NCBI GenBank assembly: GCA_022843095.1
Contig: JALHOH010000001.1
Coordinates: 420,001 to 452,000 of the forward strand
Reading direction: 5' to 3'
DNA from: Candidatus Saccharimonadota bacterium
GTDB taxonomy: Bacteria; Patescibacteriota; Patescibacteriia; 2-12-FULL-60-25
Length of the DNA stretch: 32,000 bases
Made by a program: the position numbers and the translations under genes. The notes beneath the pieces are model-generated. The model did not search any database and had not been told where the DNA came from. It was given only the letters and a program-made list of their open reading frames with translations. Shown here in pieces: positions 1 to 6,747 of this stretch. Within the stretch, counting starts at the first letter, position 1. Each line of letters starts with the position of its first letter.

Positions 1-2
1 TG

Positions 3-1121
3 TCTGCAACTGGCCTAGGCATTAGAGAGCATTTGGTTATGGGTATGTGTGTCTGTGCACAAGCTTTAAGCAACGGAGCGATCATTCGACCGAGCCAATT
101 ATTCAACGCGACCATCCCTTCATTGATGCCGCTCCTCACTCAAGAAAAAGTATTTGCGTATTTACATACGATATCGGGAGAATACGAAGAACTAAGAGAA
201 ATAGATCAAGCAAGAAATGGAGTGGCCGACCCCTGGTATACAAAGCATCGGTTCAACCCTCTACGCGAGAAGCCATTGGCAAGATCAAAGCGCCTTTCAG
301 AGGAAGCGCGTGAGGATGTCTACATCGCTCCTAGTTTTCAAATTTTAATGAACCGCGTACTCGCCGGTTTCTACTGGACAATCCATAGCATCCTTGAGAA
401 AGACGGAAAGAAACACGGCCACTTCAGAGATGGGTTTGGTTACGTTTTTGAGGAGTATGTTGGTGGACTCCTAAAACGGATTAATCCGGACACTTTTTCT
501 ATCTCTCAAGACAACTATCAATGTTTTGATTGGATAGTGCCTGCGGATGACGGTTTTGTTTTATTGGAAGCAAAAGCACTGCAATTCAATTTGACGAGTA
601 AGACGTATCCTCAGAGGGAGCAGATAGTCAAAGAAGAGGTGATTCCAAAAATTATTGAAGCTCTTGTGCAGTGTAATAGAACGCTGGATGACATTGAGCT
701 AAAACCTTCTTTAGCTATGCTGCGAGGGAAGTCATTAGTTCCCTGTGTGGTGGTTTGGGATGTGCCCTTGGTGGAGCAGGGCGGAATGGACAGATTCATC
801 AAAAAAACACTGGATGATCTTACGCAGGGGGAGGTGTCAGATTCAGTAAAAAAACTATTGTCTCGAAAAAAGATTCAGTCGTACGAAATTGAAGCGCTCC
901 GTAAGGATCGACCAGCTCTTATTTCAATTCGAGAGTTAGAGCTGCTTGAGGGTGTTGGGGGTCGGATATCGTTACGCAGTTTTCTTGAAAAGAAGAAGAT
1001 CTCGCAGTCAGGTGGACGTACGATACTAGCCACAGAAGTGCCAGACCTCCCTTTGACCTGTCCATATCTAGACAAAAAATACGAACAATACTGGAAAGAC
1101 GTAAGTGAAGGTGAATGGTAG
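3..1121 (+). CDS. PD-(D/E)XK (restriction-endonuclease fold) nuclease-like protein, 5'-partial
   Basis: The 33..1121 frame has no stop back to nt 3, and the first in-window start is a TTG, so the N-terminus probably lies outside the window. GFGYVFEEYVGGLL followed by FDWIVPADDGFVLLEAKA (nt ~528-575) fits the D-x(n)-E-x-K nuclease core. Composition is A+T-rich relative to the rest of the window. Confidence 0.55.
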   Translation, partial: SATGLGIREHLVMGMCVCAQALSNGAIIRPSQLFNATIPSLMPLLTQEKVFAYLHTISGEYEELREIDQARNGVADPWYTKHRFNPLREKPLARSKRLSEEAREDVYIAPSFQILMNRVLAGFYWTIHSILEKDGKKHGHFRDGFGYVFEEYVGGLLKRINPDTFSISQDNYQCFDWIVPADDGFVLLEAKALQFNLTSKTYPQREQIVKEEVIPKIIEALVQCNRTLDDIELKPSLAMLRGKSLVPCVVVWDVPLVEQGGMDRFIKKTLDDLTQGEVSDSVKKLLSRKKIQSYEIEALRKDRPALISIRELELLEGVGGRISLRSFLEKKKISQSGGRTILATEVPDLPLTCPYLDKKYEQYWKDVSEGEW

Positions 1122-1367
1122 CTCCGACCTATGAAAAAAACACGTGCTCGGATTAGATAGACGCAAATACTGGACAAGACGTCCGGTATTTCTCTTACCA
1201 ACTTACCCTCTCTCTATGGTTCACGCCCGGCTGACATTAAGGAGTTAGTTTATGCAATACCATGTTTACTTGTGATGAAGATTAATGGTTATTAATCCAT
1301 TGCAGTCATTGAACAATTTTATCCTTTAGCATTCATTAGCCGTCTCCGTTATTACCTTGAATAAGAA

Positions 1368-1390
1368 TTCGACTCCCCCTACCCGCTCCA
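1368..1390 (+). other. tRNA 3'-end fragment (T-loop, 3' T-stem half, 3' acceptor strand, U73, CCA); tRNA-Gly-like; candidate att repeat
   Basis: The sequence reads TTCGACT CCCCC TACCCGC T CCA. The upstream ATAAGAA cannot pair with CCCCC, and no D or anticodon arm lies upstream, so this is a fragment and not a gene. Confidence 0.6.
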
Positions 1391-1395
1391 ACAAG

Positions 1396-1423
1396 AACGC
1401 TTCTCGAAAGAGAGGCGTTTTTG
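1396..1423 (+). terminator. Rho-independent terminator with no gene immediately upstream (probably the native terminator of the disrupted tRNA locus)
   Basis: AACGCTTCTC-GAAA-GAGAGGCGTT forms a 10-bp stem with one G-U pair, followed by a T5 run. Confidence 0.7.
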
Positions 1424-1484
1424 TATCCCGTTTCCTCCCTTGACGTTTTGCAAAAGATCAGGAACGGTGGCGGCGGAGGTTCGC

Positions 1485-1955
1485 ATGATTTCACGTCTGT
1501 TTCTCGAGATTCGTCGCGTGTTGGTTCGTACCGAATGTTTTCTCACGGTGCGCGAGGGATACGTCATCGACCCCGCGACATGGCATCCACTCGTGCCAAC
1601 GGAGGAGGAGCGACCGGTGCTTACTGCGATCGAGCGCGCTCATTGTCGGCAGATCGTCTGGGACGATTTGCTTCTGCCCTTCAAGGAGTATCTGGGACAC
1701 TACTCCGTGCCGCGTCGCGCAGGGGAGCCGATATCCGCGGCAAAGTTCACGGCGCTTCGGTTTCGTGGATTGCGTCATGATTTTCTCCTCGTCCTTGCCT
1801 GGAGTAATCAGGAGACGCGCGAGCCAGAGCATCCGATCGCGGTGTACGCAACGTCGTCGGATCCTGGAGATCGCGATGCGTTCTTCCGCGCCCTGACGGA
1901 GTACATATTCGGTCTTCCTGTGTTCACGGCGCGTCTGCCGGCTTTCGACGCCTGA
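1485..1955 (+). CDS. Hypothetical protein (156 aa)
   Basis: GGAGG at 1475-1479 lies 5 nt before ATG 1485. Codon third positions are G+C-rich. The stop lies 6 nt before a terminator. No motif recognised. Confidence 0.6.
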   Translation: MISRLFLEIRRVLVRTECFLTVREGYVIDPATWHPLVPTEEERPVLTAIERAHCRQIVWDDLLLPFKEYLGHYSVPRRAGEPISAAKFTALRFRGLRHDFLLVLAWSNQETREPEHPIAVYATSSDPGDRDAFFRALTEYIFGLPVFTARLPAFDA

Positions 1956-1960
1956 TGCGC

Positions 1961-1987
1961 AAAAGCACCCGCCTGGGTGCTTTTTTT
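1961..1987. terminator. Bidirectional rho-independent terminator between convergent genes
   Basis: AAAAGCACCC-GCCT-GGGTGCTTTTTTT; an A-run on the left and a T-run on the right. Confidence 0.8.
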
Positions 1988-1992
1988 GTACT

Positions 1993-2142
1993 TCAATCTT
2001 CAGCGCCATCGTCCCAAGGATTTGGTGGGGTCTGCGGCGGATCGGTCATGGCAAGGATATGTCGGCGCATTTCATACAGGTGTTCCGGTGTGAGATCGCC
2101 ACTTTTCCAGAGTGTATCCAGGACGGTACGAAGGGTGGTCAT
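1993..2142 (-). CDS. Small hypothetical protein (49 aa), translationally coupled to the upstream surface-protein gene
   Basis: Its ATG (2142-2140) overlaps the TGA (2141-2139) of the 613-aa gene in an ATGA arrangement. Codon usage resembles neighbouring genes. The stop abuts the bidirectional terminator. Sequence: MTTLRTVLDTLWKSGDLTPEHLYEMRRHILAMTDPPQTPPNPWDDGAED. Confidence 0.5.
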   Translation of the reverse strand: MTTLRTVLDTLWKSGDLTPEHLYEMRRHILAMTDPPQTPPNPWDDGAED

Positions 2143-3980
2143 ACAGAAGCGGGAGGTGAAGAGGTGAGTTGAGCAAGGAGTTGTGTGGCGCGTCGTTGTT
2201 CGTGGAGCGCGCGGAGTTTGCGGAAGCCGTGTGAGGCGGCAAGGGTCGCGCCCGCGACGCCGATCGGGGTCCATCCGGGAAGTGGTTGGGTGTTTTTTGT
2301 CGCAGCGACAACGGTTGCGCTGCGCACGATGGTGATTTCCTCGATGGATCGGGGAAGAATGCGCGGATCATCGGTCATGGAAGGGTGAAGGAGGCCACGG
2401 ATGCGGATCGTATCTCCTGGTTTGATGCGTTCGGCGCGATAGCGGAGAATGGGTTTTACGACGACTGTGAGCGGAATGTCGCCCGCATCGATTGCCACGG
2501 ATCCGCGTTTTACCTCGCGCACGATCCCGGTGACATCGACAAATGAATACGCGTCTTCCATGCCTGGTTGAAACAGATCCGGCGTCGCGGCCTGAACAGG
2601 ATCAAGCGATGCACGCGTCTCCCAACGATCGGCTGCCTCCATTTTTAGCAGCAATCCATCATCGTTTCGTGTCAGGAGACCGGTTACGACGATGGATGCG
2701 CCGAAGGCCGGTGAAGGTTGTTTTCCATTGCCTTTGATCAGGAGACCACGTCCGTTTTGGGCATGGATGACGAACGTGTGTTTGGCGAGCAGGCCGGGGA
2801 TACTCCCGACCGTTCCATGAAGTTCGACGCGCATAGGAGAGGTGAGGGTGTGGAGCGAATCAAGATCCGTGCGTACCGGTGGCGCGACGGATGACTTCTT
2901 GGTCGCCGTGGTTTTGGTGGATGGTTGTTTCGCCACTTTTTTGGCCGCCGGTTTTTTTGAAGAGACGGTTTTCTTGGTAACGGTTTTTTTGGCCGTCGTT
3001 TTTACGGAGGAAACTTTTGCGGCAGGGGATTTTTTGGTCGTTGTTTTTGGAGCGGCGGCCGCTCGTGCAACGGCTGGGGTGAGTACGGCGATTGCGGCGC
3101 GTGCAGGGGTTGTGACGGCAAGTCGCGCCACCGCATGCGTCGCCGAGGCGTGGAACGCGGTGGTTGTTGTTTCAGGGGGTGTGATCGGTGGTTCCGGAAT
3201 CGAGACAGGAGGTGTTGGAGGTGGTGCAGGGGTCGTCTCTGGTACGGGCGTGGTTGTTCCCGCCGTCCAGAGAACGCCTTTCGTCGTTTCCCCAAACAGG
3301 ACGTGATCCATGATCGTTCCATCTCCGGTTACGAGTTTCAGATCATCCCCATCGTTGTTCAATTTTGCGCTGGCAAGGAAGAATCGCCACACGTCCGGGA
3401 CGTCTGTTGCAACGCGCTGGTCGAGCGTCGCTTGCGTGAAGGAGAGGATGGTTCCGGTCCGGTCTTCTGCGCGCCATCCGTGCAATTCCGTGATCGTGTG
3501 CCCCGATGGAACCCGTACTTCGAAGAATTCTTTTCCTTCCGCTGGATTCGCCATGATCGCCTCGATCGTAAATGCGAGAGGGGGCGATGAAGGTGTGGGC
3601 GGAGAAGGGGAGGGCGGAGGCGTTGGAGCGGGTGGTTGGATAGGGTCGGATCCCGTTTCCTGAACGACGGATGGCGTGGAAGATGGGGTCTCTGCAAGGG
3701 GTGTGGTCCCACGTTCTGTCGACGTCGCCGGTTCTGTTTCGATCGGGACAGAGGGAATGACTTCCACAGTTGTTGTTGTGCTGACAAGCGGCGCGGTTGA
3801 CGAGGGGGCGGGCTCCGTCGCAGGAACATGCGCAGCACCAAGATAAGGGATGCACTCCGGTGGAATGGCGGGAGGCGTTTCTTGGAGAGAAGCAAGGGCG
3901 ATCACCGGTGCCACCCATGCGGGAATGGAGAACCAAAGAAGACGACGGGCAAGCGCCCGCGGCGAGAATGTTTGTTTCAT
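2139..3980 (-). CDS. Membrane-anchored surface protein: signal/anchor, Pro/Thr-rich linkers, lamin-tail domain (LTD), Lys/Ala/Thr-rich histone-H1-like tract, two OB-fold-like segments, C-terminal TM
   Basis: N-terminal RRLLWFSIPAWVAPVIALASL is a signal or anchor. The LTD pattern IEAIMANPAEGKEFFEV...LHGWRAEDRTG...LNNDGDDLKLV...GTIMDHVLFG spans nt ~3285-3578. The KKSPAAKVSSVKTTAKKTVTKKTVSSKKPAAKKVAKQ tract spans nt ~2892-3050. OB-like VELHGTVGSIPG...FVIHAQNGRGLLIKG...IVVTGLL spans nt ~2616-2834. C-terminal TM is PIGVAGATLAASHGF followed by RKLR. Confidence 0.75.
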   Translation of the reverse strand: MKQTFSPRALARRLLWFSIPAWVAPVIALASLQETPPAIPPECIPYLGAAHVPATEPAPSSTAPLVSTTTTVEVIPSVPIETEPATSTERGTTPLAETPSSTPSVVQETGSDPIQPPAPTPPPSPSPPTPSSPPLAFTIEAIMANPAEGKEFFEVRVPSGHTITELHGWRAEDRTGTILSFTQATLDQRVATDVPDVWRFFLASAKLNNDGDDLKLVTGDGTIMDHVLFGETTKGVLWTAGTTTPVPETTPAPPPTPPVSIPEPPITPPETTTTAFHASATHAVARLAVTTPARAAIAVLTPAVARAAAAPKTTTKKSPAAKVSSVKTTAKKTVTKKTVSSKKPAAKKVAKQPSTKTTATKKSSVAPPVRTDLDSLHTLTSPMRVELHGTVGSIPGLLAKHTFVIHAQNGRGLLIKGNGKQPSPAFGASIVVTGLLTRNDDGLLLKMEAADRWETRASLDPVQAATPDLFQPGMEDAYSFVDVTGIVREVKRGSVAIDAGDIPLTVVVKPILRYRAERIKPGDTIRIRGLLHPSMTDDPRILPRSIEEITIVRSATVVAATKNTQPLPGWTPIGVAGATLAASHGFRKLRALHEQRRATQLLAQLTSSPPASV

Positions 3981-4257
3981 AGAATAGTTGGAGAGGCCTC
4001 TCTTGTTATCCTCTCATGAAATGAAAAATGGTTGTGGATGACGGAGGTGCAAAATGTTGGTGTTCATAAACAGGTCGAGAGAGCCCCGTGCGAGAGACGT
4101 GTCTAGAGCGAGGAAACAGGAAGCAGAAAAACGTTTGTCACCATCCACGAACGAAGAACGAAATAACTAAAAACGCATTGACATACCCCCTAAACGATGA
4201 GAGGAGACAGCGGGCGTGTCTGTGGATAACTTAAAAACCCCTTCGTAATTGAGGTGT

Positions 4258-4286
4258 TTGACGGTGTTTTGTTTGTGTTCTATTTT
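4258..4286 (+). promoter_or_regulatory. sigma70-type promoter of lexA
   Basis: TTGACG (4258-4263), 17-nt spacer, TATTTT (4281-4286); 14 nt from the -10 to ATG 4301. Confidence 0.6.
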
Positions 4287-4291
4287 TGTTC
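4277..4291 (+). promoter_or_regulatory. Candidate LexA operator (SOS box), direct repeat GTTC-N7-GTTC
   Basis: GTTC TATTTTT GTTC overlaps the -10 hexamer of the lexA promoter. It is identical in form to the alphaproteobacterial-type direct-repeat LexA box. Confidence 0.45.
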
Positions 4292-4300
4292 TATACCTCT

Positions 4301-4921
4301 ATGACGCCACTTCCTCCGCTCACACCCAAGCAAAAAGAAGTGCTCGATTTTATCGTGAACTTTATTCATGAACACGGCTACGCTCCGTCGTATCGGGAAA
4401 TCGCGATCGGACTCAAGCTCGCATCACCGTCCACGGTGCACGCGCATATTCAGTCTCTCCGTTCGCGCGGATTTTTACGCGGAGAAGGGTCTGGAAATCG
4501 AGAACTTGAACCAACAGATAAGGCGGTGCGATGGGGGAGAAGTGTTATTTTGCCCCTCGCCGGATTAATTACGGCTGGATTACCGATTGAAGCCGTTGAA
4601 GAACGAGAGACGATCGCGGTTCCTGTGGATCTCGTCCCGGACTCAGCGAATTCGTATGTCTTGCGCGTCAAAGGAGATTCAATGGTTGATGAAGGGATTT
4701 TGGATGGAGATTTTGTCATCGTGGAGCGCAATCCATCTCCGGCAAACGGAGAAGTCGTTGTAGCGCTTTTGGAAAATTCTCATGCGACGCTCAAAAAATT
4801 TTACCGTGAGCAAGATCGCATCCGTTTGCAGCCAGCAAACAAAACGATGCAACCCATCTATTGCTACGATCCGTTGATTCAGGGGGTTGTTCGTGCCGTG
4901 ATTCGATCGTTCCGTCCGTAG
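4301..4921 (+). CDS. lexA: LexA repressor (S24 peptidase)
   Basis: The N-terminal wHTH is LTPKQKEVLDFI...GYAPSYREIA...STVHAHIQSLRSRGFL. The Ala-Gly cleavage site lies in LITAGLPIEA. The catalytic Ser is in KGDSM and the Lys in ATLKKF. ATG 4301 is preferred over the TTG at 4286. Confidence 0.92.
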   Translation: MTPLPPLTPKQKEVLDFIVNFIHEHGYAPSYREIAIGLKLASPSTVHAHIQSLRSRGFLRGEGSGNRELEPTDKAVRWGRSVILPLAGLITAGLPIEAVEERETIAVPVDLVPDSANSYVLRVKGDSMVDEGILDGDFVIVERNPSPANGEVVVALLENSHATLKKFYREQDRIRLQPANKTMQPIYCYDPLIQGVVRAVIRSFRP

Positions 4922-4990
4922 AGCTCGTCACGTATCCAAGAATCATCCGTTTTAAAGAAGGCGGTTGTTTGACGTTGCGAATCATCTTCT

Positions 4991-5242
4991 ATGTCTTACG
5001 AAAAAATTGAACAGCCCGTCGAAGTGTTGGTCGCGTTTCGTGGCGAACGTCCGGAGCCGATGGTGTTTAAATGGGGCAATCGTTACTACCAGGTTCAAAA
5101 AGTAAATTTGGTCCATGCTGAACGACTTGGACGAGAAAAAGTGTATTACTTTTCCGTCTCTGATGAGGCGAACGCCTATCGATTATCATTTCGCACGGAA
5201 TCCCTTATTTGGCGACTTGAAGAATGGTGCGCATTTACGTAA
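4991..5242 (+). CDS. Small conserved-looking hypothetical protein (83 aa) between lexA and dinB
   Basis: A clean ORF with host-like codon usage, 69 nt after lexA. The sequence is Trp/Tyr-rich and looks beta-rich (FKWGNRYYQVQKVNLVHAERLGREKVYYFSVSD...YRLSFRTESLIWRLEEW). No family recognised. Confidence 0.55.
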   Translation: MSYEKIEQPVEVLVAFRGERPEPMVFKWGNRYYQVQKVNLVHAERLGREKVYYFSVSDEANAYRLSFRTESLIWRLEEWCAFT

Positions 5243-5334
5243 ACCTATGCCTTCTTTCTTTGTGTACGTGACCGATGACGCGCGATGGATGCGCGTGCGT
5301 CGAGCAGAGCGTTCCGAGTCTCTTTCTTCTTGCT

Positions 5335-6639
5335 ATGCCTCCTCGTCTTCTTTGCCACATCGACATGAACTCGTATTTCGCGAGCGTGGAGCAACAGGCG
5401 AATCCACACCTCCGCGGACGACCGGTGGGGGTGTGCGCATACCTGCACCGTTATGGATGCGTGATCGCCGCGTCCGTTGAGGCGAAGCAGCAAGGAATGA
5501 AGGTGGGGATGAGTATGGAGGAAGCGCGTACACGGGTTCCCTCTGCGGTCTTTGTTCAGAATGAGCCATCAAAATATCGTGCCACAACGGCAAAGATTCT
5601 TCGGATTTTTCGGGAACTCACGCCAACAGTCGAGGTGTATTCCATTGATGAGGCGTTTTTGGATCTAACCGGATGGTGTCGTGACGAAGCAGAGGCGGCG
5701 TTTCTTGTGACGCGCGTCAAGCATCGTATCGCAACCGAAGTCGGAGAATGGCTCCGATGCTCTGCCGGGATCGCGCCAACGCGATTCTTGGCGAAATTCG
5801 CGTCAGATCGTCAAAAGCCAAATGGACTGGTCATTCTGAATCACCAGAATCTGGATGAATGCTTGGCTCGAGCGGAACTGGAAGATGCTTGTGGAATCGG
5901 TCCGCGTATCCGTCGGCGATTGGAGCGTTTAAAGATTTATTCCCTTCTTGATCTTAAACAGGCCCCGGTTGGTAACCTCATGCGGAGTTTTGGGAAATAT
6001 GGGTTTTATCTCTGGGCAAAAGTGAATGGTATTGAATGTGAACGCCTTCAGGACGGTGAGCCAGTGCCAAAAACGATCGGACATTCGTACTGTGTTCCCA
6101 TGTCCGTGCATCGAGAGAAAAAAGTCGCCGCCGTTCTTGCCCGATTAACCGAACGCGCCGGTAGACGTTTGCGTCGGCATGGTCTCTTTGCGGGAGCCAT
6201 TGTTGTTACGGTTGGATTGCGAGATCAGGGGACGTATCGAACCGAGTGCCTTCGCTTTTGCGAGCCCGTGGCAGATCCGTGGTCGCTCGGTGACGCGGCT
6301 TCGCGAACACTGCACGTTTGTTGGAAGGGCGAGCCCGTGGATTTTTTGGCAGTGACATTGGTCGATCTTTCGCGTCCAACCGCGCAGACGCGTCTTCCGC
6401 TCATCCCTACAATCGCGTCCGGATTGCGAACCACGGATCGGTTGCCGGCGCTTGGTCGATCGCTGGATGTGATTCGAGATAAGTACGGAGAGCAATCCGT
6501 TGTATTCGGGCGAATGCTTCCGCTTCTGGATGGTGATGATCATGCAGCGGATCGTATCGGGTTCCGGAAAGTCGAGCTGGACACGGTGGCAGAAGTTTCT
6601 GATCGAGGGGATGCAGAGATCGCTTGGTTTCCGATATGA
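5335..6639 (+). CDS. dinB: Y-family DNA polymerase IV (DinB-like), catalytic residues intact
   Basis: Diagnostic motifs are HIDMNSYFASVEQ, RGRPVGV and YSIDEAFLDLTG, followed by thumb and little-finger-like regions. Start taken at ATG 5335 (MPPRLLCHIDMN). The C-terminus is about 80 aa longer than typical Pol IV. Confidence 0.9.
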   Translation: MPPRLLCHIDMNSYFASVEQQANPHLRGRPVGVCAYLHRYGCVIAASVEAKQQGMKVGMSMEEARTRVPSAVFVQNEPSKYRATTAKILRIFRELTPTVEVYSIDEAFLDLTGWCRDEAEAAFLVTRVKHRIATEVGEWLRCSAGIAPTRFLAKFASDRQKPNGLVILNHQNLDECLARAELEDACGIGPRIRRRLERLKIYSLLDLKQAPVGNLMRSFGKYGFYLWAKVNGIECERLQDGEPVPKTIGHSYCVPMSVHREKKVAAVLARLTERAGRRLRRHGLFAGAIVVTVGLRDQGTYRTECLRFCEPVADPWSLGDAASRTLHVCWKGEPVDFLAVTLVDLSRPTAQTRLPLIPTIASGLRTTDRLPALGRSLDVIRDKYGEQSVVFGRMLPLLDGDDHAADRIGFRKVELDTVAEVSDRGDAEIAWFPI

Positions 6640-6646
6640 TACGGCT

Positions 6647-6739
6647 ATGTCCACATGGAAACTGCGCTACTACCAGATCGTGCTCGCAGGGGTCATTGTG
6701 ACCTTCCTGGCGTTAAAGGTGCATCAGTGGTTGAATTAG
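6647..6739 (+). CDS. 30-aa single-TM peptide (MSTWKLRYYQIVLAGVIVTFLALKVHQWLN)
   Basis: The ATG lies 7 nt after the dinB stop, and the TAG lies 8 nt before the EndoQ-like ATG. Third positions are G+C-rich like neighbouring genes. The peptide has a hydrophobic core with basic flanks. Confidence 0.4.
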   Translation: MSTWKLRYYQIVLAGVIVTFLALKVHQWLN

Positions 6740-6747
6740 CCCGTCTT

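Larger units (their letters stand above)
1..1390. mobile_element. Right-hand end of a putative tRNA-integrated genomic island (continues beyond the left window edge)
   Basis: The segment is A+T-rich by hand count: 21/60 G+C at 841-900 versus 40/60 at 1561-1620. It ends exactly at a 23-nt tRNA 3'-end fragment (1368-1390), which is followed by an orphan terminator. No integrase is visible inside the window. Confidence 0.45.

Noticed and set aside
1252-1275. A 7-codon mini-ORF (MQYHVYL) with a strong AAGGAG SD in the island's terminal non-coding stretch.
   Set aside because: It is too short to support as a gene. It may be the remnant of a truncated gene start or a chance occurrence in A+T-rich DNA.
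2268-2282. An LPGWT motif followed by a hydrophobic stretch and RKLR in the surface protein, resembling an LPXTG sortase signal.
   Set aside because: The motif is not LPXTG. About 25 further residues follow the basic cluster, unlike true sorting signals. No sortase is in the window. It was treated as an ordinary C-terminal TM anchor.
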